Assembly (NCBI GenBank): GCA_030390025.1
Contig: CM059427.1
Location: 5,580,001-5,644,000 of the forward strand
Source: Squalus acanthias
Taxonomy: Eukaryota
Reading direction: 5' to 3'
Length of the DNA stretch: 64,000 nt
The position numbers and the translations under genes are program-made. Within the stretch, counting starts at the first letter, position 1. Every line of letters starts with the position of its first letter. The notes under the pieces were generated by a model. The model was not told where the DNA came from. It saw only the letters and a list, made by a program, of their open reading frames with translations, and made no database searches. Positions 1 to 10,834 of the stretch are shown piece after piece.

Positions 1-559
1 TCTCGAGCTTATGTTGTAAATACTCTACATTCTCTACAGTGTAATATTTATAAATCCATTGGTTGCATCTAGTAGCCTAAAACTACTACAGTATGAACAT
101 CAGGATTAATGTTATGATCAGCTTTATTTCCCACTCTAGCATATTGAAATTTGACTAAAGTCTAATTTTGACAACTTGTGAATCCAGCCAGCATGATAAA
201 CTCGTCACTCGTTGGTTATGTGGTCAGGTTCACTTATATCTTATTCCACAACTGGCAGACTTGTACCTTCTGTTTGGTTTAAAGAATTCAGTGTAGGTAA
301 ACTTGGTGTTTTAATAAATATGTGTCTCTGTATTGATGCCTCCTGGTGCTTTTTTTATTGGAACAAATATTGTAGAGGTTTTCATTGAGAATGTGGGAAT
401 AAACATTTTTTGAATTAAATCAGTGCAGGTTTTATCAATATCATGGATTTTTTTTCTTTATCATGTCACAGTTTCTCTGTGGTTCTAGATAGGCAAAAAC
501 TGGTTGCTTAGTGTTTATTCACCTTTTAATCTTCCCCACATGCAGTATATGTGAAGTCC

Positions 560-865
560 CTCATGATGGAGTCTGCTGCCCTGCTCAAGTAGCTATTTTT
601 ATGTGAACCAGAATAATGAGTGTTGACAGTGGAGGACAGGACAGTCGAGCTGAATCCCAGTGCTCACGTGGAAACACACTGTCACCAGGAATGAGAATCC
701 TGACGGATCGTCTTCACCCACTTGGGTTGGAATATTAAGGCCAATTGTAGCATTTTACCACCACCACTCTAATGGAGGTCTAATTTGGTAAAGCTTGGCC
801 CTGCAGCTCTCCTGGTTGAGATGGCTGAGTAGTACATGGTGCATTCACCTACTGAGATATGGGGG
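560..865 (-). mobile_element. Degenerate LF-SINE-like element
   Basis: Reverse complement contains gctacaattggcct and cagccatctcaaccaggagag, matching the better-preserved copy at 19070-19400; heavily decayed. Confidence 0.45.
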
Positions 866-1920
866 CCTGGTGGAAGGGCTCCACTTCACTTGTAGTATTT
901 TCAGGTGGATCATTCTTGCAATTTTTAAAAGTAGTTCTCTGCAGTACTATATAACTTCAAATTGAGATAGCCCAACTGTTTGGAGCCCTGAGAATGTTGA
1001 GAAAAACTGAGTCAGCTGATTTGTCAGCTGTTCTAGTTTTAAATTTAATTTTGTTAAGTGGTAACCGTGTCATACTGAGATCCAATTAAACAAGCCCAGA
1101 TTTGAAACTAATGTGTGTGCTCCATTTTGGGTAGGAGATAACATTTCAGGGCCATTCCTGCTAATCTACTAGTGCAGAATATGCAGTAGTATTAACAGGA
1201 AGTCTACGATTTGTGGGGTGAAGGAGAAACATGGTTGCTAGTTGTGGAGCATCAAGTGTTGGAGGACTGAAAAACAGCTCCCTCCAATTTTGCAAATTAT
1301 TTTTGATTGTCAATTTCAGTTAATGTTGGTGGTTGTGTTGAGACTGAAATATTAATACAAATCTGCATTGATGCAGGAAACATTTTAACCAAATTATCAC
1401 ATTGGAGGCAAATGGGAAGATTATGAACTGCGTTACATGTTGAAGTGCATTTGGTGACAGGGTTGTTGATCCCATAGTGAATGGAATTTTGAGATTGCAA
1501 CACTGAATTACGGCATTTTGATTAAGTATTTCTCCATACTGGTTTTTCTATTTTGGGTTAAAACTATTGAACTTGGTCTTTAACTTGTCATTTTATGCTA
1601 TATACTTGATGATTTACTGTAAAAATACACCTACTTAAAAATGAGCCTTTCCTTGGAAGGACAGAATTAGGAATGTGGGTGCTGTTAGCTGTGTATGGAA
1701 ACAAATAGAAAAAAAAATTAATTTCAACTTTTCTCTGGAAAATAATTAATGCAATTCATATTGATGGCCTTTGAGGGTAAAATTTGTTTTTACTTGTTAG
1801 ATTTTTTGATGTCTACATATATCCTGTGATGACAAATAAAAAAAAAATAGGACGTGTATTCAGTCCTTATATATTGTAAAATTCAGTACAGTTCATTGAA
1901 AACTCATAAGTACCTATTAT

Positions 1921-1937
1921 TGTGTCAGCCTTGGTTT

Positions 1938-1969
<32 letters not shown>

Positions 1970-2375
1970 ATTGTGAGTTCAAGTCCCACTCCAGAGACTT
2001 TAGCACATAATCCAGGCTGACACTCCAGTGTAGTACTGAGGAAGTGCTGTACTGTCAGAGGTGCTGTCTTACGGTTGAGACGTTAAGCCTCTTGGGTGAC
2101 TGCCGACTTAGGTGATCCCATGGCTCTATTTTGATGAAGAGCAGGGGAGTTCTTCCTGGTGTCCTGGCCAATATTTATCCCAAAACCAACATCACTAAAA
2201 CAGATTGTCTGGTCATTATCTTATTGCTGTTTGTGGGACCTTGCTGTGTGCAAATTGGCTGCCGCGTTTCCTACTTTACGAAGTGATTACACTTCAAAAA
2301 GTACTTCATTGGCTGTAAAATGCATTGGGACGTGCTGAAGTCATGAAAGGTGTTATAAAAATGCAAGTTTTTTTT
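1921..2375 (+). mobile_element. tRNA-derived Deu-domain SINE (SacSINE1-like), full length
   Basis: tRNA head (ttggtttagtggg...agttcaagtccc), Deu-like core (gatcccatggc...gaagagcaggggagt...gtgtcctggccaatatttatcc), L2-type tail (gaaaggtgttataaaaatgcaagt); near-identical to copies at 6841 and 35277. Confidence 0.85.
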
Positions 2376-3516
2376 ATTGTGGGTGGTACTGTGAGCGGCT
2401 CTTTCAATGCTAAAGGTGACACGCAGCTGCTATTTTATAGTGAGATAATATTCTGTGATTGCACAATGTGCTGACTGGGTTCCCATTCAAAATGCTTTTT
2501 GAAATATATTTCATCCACTACTCAGTAACTGAAGTGTTTAATGCCCAGAATAAGGGTTTAAACTTTTTTTAATTATGTATTTCACAATCACATGATTAAA
2601 TGTATCCATTGAATTGTCTTTTGAATCTTTTAATGCCTTCACTAAAGTTGAGTTGAATGCTTCAGCATTTCCTAAAAGCCTGGGCTAAGGTTTGATATTT
2701 TTGCCCAGAGCTGTAACTCTCGAGCTAACTTTGATTGCATCTGCTCAGACTGCACAATGTGCTGAATTTCTTGGGATGTATCACTATTGTTCAGTCACCT
2801 ATTATGATGGAATATTTTAACTTCCATAACTTTCTACCCAGGTTTTCTTCAAATAATTTTGAAAAACAAGAAGCCAAATTTCAAAAGCTTTCTTGAGTTA
2901 AAATGTATAGAGTTTTCTTCAGAAAAGAGGCAATGTTGTGCATATAAGTGAGAGAGGAACATAATTACTGTTCCGGTTTACACGCCTCTTGTAGCTTTTT
3001 GTGTTTTAAAACTTCAAAAAGTGCATTAAGTTGGAGGGATTGACTGGATCCAGGAAGAGAAGAGGAGTGTGTATGAGAGGATCATAGGGGATAGAGAGAG
3101 ACACCTTATGTTAATGTTAAATTTATTTAAAAAGTTGTATTTTTAAACCATATTATCCACCTGTGTTTTGCTGACAGTTGGAAAATGTAAATGCTTACAC
3201 CTTTGAGACAGATATACACACATAGAGAGAAAGGCAGACAGTCAGTTCTATCCTCGTTCTAATATGATTTAATTTTTAAAATTACAATAAGTTGGAAAGC
3301 AAGGAAAGGCTCTGAGGAAAACCTAGGAAAAAAGGAGAGGAGGTAAACCGGTTGAGGGTGAGAAGGCCTCTGGCTTCTCGCCACCTACCCGGGGGCGAAA
3401 TAAGTAGAAGTAGAGGAAGATGAGTATTCAGAATTGGGGGGAAGATGCAGGGTTTTAGCAGGTAGTTCGAAGGGGTAATGATGGGAGTAAGGGTGGAAGG
3501 AGGAGTAGAAAATAGT

Positions 3517-3745
3517 GGAAACTGCCTATGTAAATTTGTCTCACTAATTACACCATCCTACCAGTGGTGGCATTTAAATAGCTCCACTGGAGAAAGGCTG
3601 TAATGTGAAGTTTGCATGTTCTGTTTCCATTATAACTGGATGTAAGAATTTATAATACAGGGAAAAAGTTGACAGTGTAGCAGAAACATGACAACAGGAA
3701 GTCAAGTTGTGCAGACAGGAAGTGCATGCAGATGTGAGCTTTTTA
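3517..3745. repeat. Old palindromic (MITE-like) repeat, partial copy
   Basis: gaaactgcctatgtaaatttgtc...ctccactggag...gaatttata...agttgacag...gacaggaagtg matches 6177-6430. Confidence 0.5.
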
Positions 3746-3779
3746 ATAAGGTACTAATTGATCTGCAATGGTGTTGAAT

Positions 3780-4365
3780 CATTGTATCATCGAATGATAC
3801 AGCACAGAAGGAGGCCAATCAGCCCATCGTGCCTGCGCCGGCTCTTTGATAGAGCTATCCAACTAGTGCCACTCCCTTGCTCTTTCCCCGTAGCCCTGCA
3901 AAATTTTCTACTTCAAGAATTTATTCAGTTCCCTTTTGAAAGTTACTATTGAACCTGATTCCACTACCCTTTCAGCCAGTACATTCCAGACCACAACAAC
4001 TCACTGTGTAAAAAAGATGTTTCCTCATATCGCCTCATGTCTTTTGCCAATCACCTTAAATCTGTGTCCTCTGGTTACTGACCTTTCTGCCACTGGAAAC
4101 AGTTTCTCCCTATTTACTCTATCAAAGACGTTCATAATTTTGAACACCCCTATCAAATCTCCTCTTAACCTTTGCTCCAAGGAGAACAACCTAGCTTCTC
4201 CAGTCTCTCCACATAACTGAAGTCCCTCAGCCCTGGTACCATTGTCGTAAATCTCTTCTGCACCCTCTCTAAGGCCTTGACATTCTTCCGAAAGTGTGGT
4301 GCCCAGAATTGAACCCAATACTCCTGCTGATGCCTAACCAATGTTTTATAAAGATTTAGCATAAT
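3780..4365 (-). mobile_element. CR1 LINE 3' end
   Basis: ORFs 4165..4362 and 4025..4318 give MLNLYKTLVR..EYWVQFWAPHFRK..LFSLEQRLRGDLIGVFKIM..TRGHRFK, the CR1 ORF2 C-terminus, followed by the 3' UTR. Confidence 0.9.
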
Positions 4366-4658
4366 TTTTTGAAGAGGTGCCTAAAGTAGTGGACAGGGGA
4401 ATGTCTATGAATGTCATTGATATGGACATCCAGAAGGCATTTGATAAAGTCCCTCATAAGAGACTGTTAACGAAATTTGAAGCCCATGGAATTGAAGGCA
4501 AATTATTGACTGGTTAGGAAATTGGCTGGGTGGCAGGAGACAGAGAGTAGGGATAATGGGCAGGTACTCTAATTGGCAGGATGTGACCAATGGTGTCCCG
4601 CAGGGATCTGTGTTGGGGCCTCAACTATTCATATTTATTAATGACTTGGATGATGGGA
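4366..4658 (+). mobile_element. CR1 RT fragment, inverted relative to the adjacent 3' piece
   Basis: Translates to FEEV..VD.G...D.QKAFDKVPHKRL...[19 protein letters not shown]; has no 3' end of its own. Confidence 0.85.
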
Positions 4659-4910
4659 GAGATTATGATACAAGGCAAACAGGTTGAGACAAACCTTTCA
4701 ATGTCCACAACCTTCTATCTGATCTGCTGGCTGATGATATTTCTATTGTTCACGCTCCCCTCACAAAGTAAACCTGTTCCAATCTTCTACCTGACTACAT
4801 TCATTCCAAGATAGATCAGCCAGTTAGTCAGATTCAGTGCAGCTCCCTTTCCTTCACTTAAACTGGTTGTGCAGCCTCCTGCCTCAAATTTACCCAGTTT
4901 ACAAAGCTAT

Positions 4911-5020
4911 TGTGATGTCTGATCTCATTGTGATGTGCAGTGTGAGGGTAAGGCTTGCCCTGTGATGTCTGATCTCATTGTGACGCGCAGTGTGAGGGTA
5001 AGGCTTGCCCTGTGATGTCT
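4911..5020. repeat. Tandem duplication, 50-bp unit x2.2
   Basis: tgtgatgtctgatctcattgtga(t/c)g(t/c)gcagtgtgagggtaaggcttgccc starts at 4911 and 4961, with a partial third unit at 5011. Confidence 0.9.
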
Positions 5021-5172
5021 TGCTTTGGCCCGTCCAGTTAAAGGAGTCTCACCTTGATGAACATTGTGTGACAAACCCTTGGGCTTCATTTAGGTTGCGA
5101 TGACTTGATGGGCTAGAATGCAATAACAGGTCATAGAAATTTACATCACAGAAGGAGGCCATTTGGCACATT

Positions 5173-6090
5173 GGCCGGAATTTTCCGGGATGGTAGCGGG
5201 CATGATCGGTGTCACGTGGAGCGGGAAAGTTGTTATTTTTGACCGGGCTGGGAACCCGCTGTCATCCCGCTCCCACACGCCTTTCCCCCAGGTGCGTCTG
5301 TCATCGCGGAGCCGACCCGACTGGCAGTGGTGGGCGACCCAATTGATGTGATTAACAGCTAGTTGTCAGACCCTTAACAGGCTTTTTTTAATTATTTTTT
5401 TAATTTAACTGCATGACCACAGGAAACACGCTGCTCGGGAAGCACATCTGTCAACCTAAGGCGGGAGTTCCGTGGCCACTGCTCCAGCTGATTACTTGAC
5501 AGCATCAAATGTACAGTAAAAGCTCCCACCTGACAGATGATCATTTTCCTCAGGCAGAAGCTGTTGCTCAGTCCATTTCCAGCACAGCTTTTGCAGGCTG
5601 CAAGTCTCTCCAGCAAAGTCTCAATCCAGTCTCACCTCATTGGAAGAATTCTATCACCATTGACAGAATGCATCTGTCATCTCTACTTCACCTGTCATCA
5701 ATTCCATCAGCATAGGTGCCGTTTATACTGTCTCACCTTGGTCCTCCGAATCTGACCACGATCAGCCCCAACACCAGCAGCACCAACAACAACACCAACC
5801 TTCTCCGCAATCACCTGATGCTGCACAGGACAGAGGGCATCAGCACACGAGCACATTGCTGCCCGAGAGGCTAGGGATGACCTCATCATGGCCAGATTTA
5901 GTTAACTTTATGCTGAACACCCAAATGGCTGCCACATGATGTGCCAGGTTGGCACCACCCCACACCAACACTATAAAGCATCCCTACAATGACCAAGCCA
6001 TTCCTTTCACACTCATCACCCTTGCGGGGGGTACCGTTACGTCTCTGCAACTCACTAAGCCACTTCCAAAGGTGCCAAGATGAAGCAAGG
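5173..6090 (+). mobile_element. Internally deleted PIF/Harbinger transposon relic
   Basis: Begins ggccggaattttcc (TIR-like). 5712-5905 encodes a Q/H/P-rich N-terminus fused by frameshift to HIAAREARDDLIMARFS*, resembling a HARBI1-type transposase C-terminus; right end not located. Confidence 0.55.
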
Positions 6091-6176
6091 TTATAGGGCT
6101 GAGTATAATTAAACTAGGACAAGCAGACATAATTCAGTTAGCATTTAAAGTCATACATTCTGTCCTTATTTTTATA

Positions 6177-6430
6177 CTTCCAATATAAATTCCTACATCC
6201 ACGTTTATAATGGGAACTGCCTATGTAACTTGTCATGTTGTGATTGCAGTCTCCCAGCAGGGGTGATGCTGCAGCAACTCCACTGGAGTGGTGGATGGGT
6301 GGGGGGTGGGGAGCGAAGAGAGTGTATAATTATAGCATAACAAGTTTACGTAGGCAGTTTCAATTATAAATAGGAATGTGAGAATTTATATTGGAAGAAG
6401 TTGACAGGAAGTGTGCATAAATGCAACATT
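6177..6430. repeat. Palindromic MITE-like element with ~57-bp inverted arms
   Basis: cttccaatataaattcctacatcc..gggaactgcctatgtaacttgt (6177-6233) is the imperfect reverse complement of ~6340-6397. Confidence 0.7.
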
Positions 6431-6840
6431 TTTCAATATATTAAAAGTGGATCTTCCATGTTGCTGCTCATGGTCAAAGAATATGCTGTTTTTTTCAGTA
6501 AGGGATAGTTGAGAAAATATGGCCACTTAAAGGATGTGGAAAGAAATTTCAATGAAGCAAGTGTTGATGTGTTTTTTTCTTTTGGGAAATCTGAGGCAAT
6601 CATGATTTTTTTACTGTGAAGCACACTGTATCATGGATCCATGCCAGATGCAAAACATTTACTTTTACCAGTGTCCAATGAGAGTCCCTTGTTACCATGT
6701 TTTGTATTGCTGGTAGAGAGATAACTTAAAGAAAAAACTTTTAAGTTGGTATAACTGGAAGGATAGATAATGGAGCATTTCAGTAGAACTATATCGAATA
6801 TGATTTTCAGTGCACTTAAAAAAAATGCCAAAACTATGAA

Positions 6841-7264
6841 AAAAAAGAAAGGCTTGCATTTATATAGCACCTTCCACGACTGCAGGACGTCCCAAAGCAA
6901 TTTACAACCAATGAAGTACTTTTGGAGTGTAGTCACTGTTGTAATGTAGGAAATGCGGCAGCCAATTTGCGCACAGCAAGCTCCAACAAACAGCAATGTG
7001 ATCATGACCAGATAATTTGCTTTAGTAATGTTGGTTGAGGGATAAATATTGGCCAGGACACAGGGGATAACTCTCCTGCTCTTCTTCAAAATAGTGCCAT
7101 GGGATCTTTAACATGCACCTGAGAGAACAGACAGGCCCTCCGTTTAACGTCTCATCCGACAAATGGCACCTCTGACAGTGCAGCACACCCTCAGCACTGC
7201 ACTGGAGTGTCAGCCTAGATTTTGTGCTCAAGTTGCTGGGGTGGCGACTTGAACCCACAACCTC

Positions 7265-7300
<36 letters not shown>

Positions 7301-7310
7301 GGCTGACACT
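6841..7310 (-). mobile_element. Deu-domain SINE, full length
   Basis: Reverse complement: gtgtcagccgtggctcagtggg..ggttcaagtc..tcggatgagacgttaaac..gatcccatggcactattttgaagaagagcagg..gtgctatataaatgcaag. Confidence 0.9.
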
Positions 7311-7703
7311 CAACCTGATACGCCTGACTACTTTTCAAACTGGGGTACCCCATTATTAACTTTGTCATATTTACATACCAGAACCCATGTAATACTATAC
7401 AAGGTAGATTTATGAATTCATCACCTGATGCAAAGCTTCACCTGCTAGGAGCACATATTGCAAATTTAGGGCAAGGAGGTCAAAGCATCCTGCAGGATTT
7501 TATGCCATAAGCACAAATTCATACAATCGATCCTTATATCTCTCAATTACTTTTGTCTGACTTTGTGAAAAACAATTTTTAAAACTATTTAAAAATCAAC
7601 CCATAGACGCAAGATTCAATCTTCATGTCATGTCAGATTGACCCACAAGTCATCACAATTGTGAAATTCGCGACTGCATTAAAACAGGAAATGTTGACAC
7701 AAT

Positions 7704-8239
7704 GGGGTAGATTTTCATCTGGGCTTGTTTTCGGGCCCAGATGGCACTTTGGAGGCAGCAGGCTCCCCAGCCAAGAGGCCCAAATATCGCCAAGAAATGG
7801 TCCTCGGGCCTCATTTACATATTTGCCTCAACTACATATTTGAGGGGGAGGTGGGCTGGGGTCGATCGCCAGGGCTGTGGAATTGTGGGAGCACACCTGC
7901 TCCTCCTGACTCCACAGAAAGGTTCAAAAAAATACTTCGCTTTAGTTGACATCTGTATGAACCGCTGAAGAATCCGGAGTGGGACAGGCTAGACGCCTGC
8001 TCCGTTCATTGGTAACAAATTTTGCAGAGGGGTCTTTTAAAAGGCGATTGACCCCTAATTAACATATTCAACGAGTCTAAAACCTGTTTTAGGCGGCCAT
8101 CGGGAACACCTATAAAATGTGCCCCACAAATTTAGCAGTGGGCATAACGACTGCGCAGATTGGGCACAGGCCATCCCATTACTAAATTGGTATGCTTTGC
8201 GCCCAAAAAACAAGGGCAACACAAACCAATTTCTACCCC
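7704..8239. mobile_element. Harbinger-type MITE
   Basis: TIRs ggggtaga(t)ttt / aatttctacccc; flanked on both sides by AAT (3-bp TSD). Confidence 0.75.
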
Positions 8240-8584
8240 AATGGCTTTTCCAAATAAAGCTGTTGACTGCTGGGATGTACAGAAGTTCAACTTTGTGTTT
8301 GACCGTGACAGAGCTAGGAAATCAGTTTCAAAAACCTTTCAAAAAAATCAACGATATCCTTTAAAACATCAAAATAGTTCAAAACCATCAGAGAGGAAAA
8401 GGTCTGCATAGGCCTGACAGCTGAAAACTACAAGGACTTATATCCATAGGAGAGAAATAGCCCTGTGTTAGGATGATGGAGACAAATCAGCATTAGAAAC
8501 AATATCAAAACTTGATCAACACTTGAAAATCTGAGGAAAATTTGTGCTGTAGTAGATAGTGTATTTATCACCAGGAGTCATCTG

Positions 8585-9474
8585 GGGGAAAAATTCATTT
8601 GGATTGCGCCTCCCGTTAGCGCCTTAAGAGGGCGCTAATGGGGCGCAAAGCAACTAACGCCTGTGCGCGGCGATCTTTGCGCCACTCACGAAATTAACTA
8701 GACATTTTGTGGCAGCGCTAAACACTACCGCCACGATCTCCTGCGCCGGCCGATCGTGACGTCAGTCGAGAGTGCAACGCCCCGGTAGCGCCCCGGACCG
8801 GATATTGAGTGGCGCCCCCTGTCTTACCGCCTGCCGCTAGCAACGACAGGTTGAGGGGAGCGTTTTGCAGTCAGGAAGGGACTGGGGGAGCGCTATTTAA
8901 AGGCAACCGCTTCCTGCCTTTTTTTGTCGGCGAAACTTTTGCACCACGCATTCTGAGTGAGCGAGAAAGACTGCAGGAGATATTCAAAGCTGTGTTGAGG
9001 AGTTTTGGGTACTGAGCAGCACTTTGCAGGTTCTTTCTGGTTTGATCTTCCTTGCATCGATTTAGAAGAGAATATGGGGGCTGCAGTCTGAGCTCTTTCC
9101 CTGGGCCTCTCCATTGTTCTTTCCAACAGATTTGATGTACAGGTCTCTCCAGGCCGAGATTCAAGGCTGCAATGAGCAGGGTGTGGATGTAGAGCAAGAT
9201 CGACCCTCCCCTTTAAGAACTGGCCAGCGCCAGAGTGTCTGTGTTCCATTGCTGACTGACATCACATGAGCTTCGCCAGCGCTCTGAGGTAGCGCCTCGC
9301 TCCTCGGCCTTTGCGCCTTAAGACAGATGTGTAGCGCCTGATTTAGTGCTCCAATCACCTCCAGGGGCGATAAAAATCAAGTTTGCAGTCAGAGGCGATA
9401 ATTAGCGCCAGGCGCTAAACTTTGCGCACGGCCGATGATGGCGCCCCAAACGGGGCGATACTGAATTTTTCCCC
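8585..9474. mobile_element. GC-rich Harbinger-type MITE
   Basis: 13-bp TIR ggggaaaaattca / tgaatttttcccc; many subterminal gcgcc/ggcgc motifs; TSD not clean. Confidence 0.7.
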
Positions 9475-9650
9475 ATTATCTAAAAAAAATCAATCAGTTC
9501 AGAACAGATTGTACTGAGCTGAATGTATAAGGAAATGAAGAACAAGCAAATCTACTCTGTAGTTTTAAAAAGCACCATTTGTTGAGATGTTGAATTGAAG
9601 AATTTGGAATTACAGTCAAAAAGAATTGATAATTAAAGAACAAACTCATA

Positions 9651-10323
9651 GGGCTGGATTTTCATTGACCCGTGGAGGCGGGTTTGGAGGCATGTGGGGG
9701 GTTAAAATTGCGAAAAGTGGCGGGCGGGCACAAGTCCGCCTCCATCCCGCCTCCAAGCATATTTTGATGAAATCGTGTCTGCTGGTCCCGCCTGCGTCCC
9801 GCCTTTAAGAGACGGGATAGGCTGTTAAGGCCCTTAACAAGCACTAAATTGGCTCTATAATGCCATTTTGAAAGGCCTTTGTGATTTTAACCCTTGTTCT
9901 ACGTGAAGCACGCCTGTTCTGAACCACGATTGTGAAACCTGGCGGGAGCACATGTGGATAGCTGAATATCAGTGGCTGCGCTGAGTATCAGTGAGTGGCT
10001 GGCTGGAATCTGGGAATGGTGGAGCAAAAAAAATTCTCTCTCTCTCTCTCTCCCCAGACAGAGCTGCTGCTCATTTTGCATCCAGGTCCTCTCACAGCAA
10101 AGGCCAGGCAGTCTCTGATTTCAATGCAGCATCAATGATGACATCATCAGAGGCGACTTTCAGACTGAAACCACTAATTGGTTCATGGGTTCCCACATGC
10201 TGGAACTCAATTGCCCAATTAGATGAAAATTGCATCAATCTCCCACATCCAATTGCAGGCGGGTGGATAACACGAAAAGCGGATAACACGACCCCAACCT
10301 GCCCCAGTATCAAAATCCAGCCC
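9651..10323. mobile_element. Harbinger-type MITE
   Basis: Perfect 12-bp TIR gggctggatttt / aaaatccagccc; ATA on both flanks. Confidence 0.8.
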
Positions 10324-10834
10324 ATAGTTTTGGAAAAATAAACCACTACTGGCTTGTAAGGATACCAAAGAACTAGAGGAATTAAATCAAGAACAAGAAC
10401 AAATTGAAAATCCAGTAAAGAGCCTGAGACCTCTGAGTCTGTTAACTTTCACAAACACATTTTGTACCATAGGAATAAAGAGGAGGTGCTGTTCACAACA
10501 GAGCAGAACCAAATGTACAAAGAATTCAACAACAGGATGTGAAGCAACTAAATAGTAATATAATCCTGTGGTTTAAAATATATACATACTTTGTTGAGAC
10601 GGTGAATCGAATTTGGAATTTCAGAGATGAAAAAAGGCTAATTTATTTCGCCTACTCCATCCCTCAAAACAATATCACCCTTACTTTTGGGGAAATACAG
10701 GTTTTTAAGAAAAATGTTGAATAAGAATATAAATAACACAAGCAACAAAAAAACAAACCCAGAGGAAGAGTCTACTGAGCTGAGTAAATAAGGGACTCGA
10801 CAACAGGATGTAAGTTACCAAAATAGACATTGAA

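Larger units (their letters stand above)
8240..10530 (+). pseudogene. Highly decayed LTR-retrotransposon gag-like relic interrupted by two MITEs
   Basis: Fragments across frames (KLDQHLK..VFITRS | KNQSVQ..CTEL..EML..GIT..LKEQT) recall Gypsy-type gag; many stops and frameshifts. Confidence 0.3.

Noticed and set aside
4911-5020. Repeat array superficially like CRISPR
   Set aside because: Simple head-to-tail tandem duplication with no unique spacers, in eukaryotic DNA.
6500-6840. FNEASVDVFFSF peptide recalling a Gypsy gag motif
   Set aside because: Too short and decayed to support a call.
6631-7089. 152-aa ORF
   Set aside because: Chance read-through of a Deu-SINE into AT-rich flank.
8585-9474. 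CpG-rich block resembling a promoter island
   Set aside because: Bounded by terminal inverted repeats; explained as a MITE.
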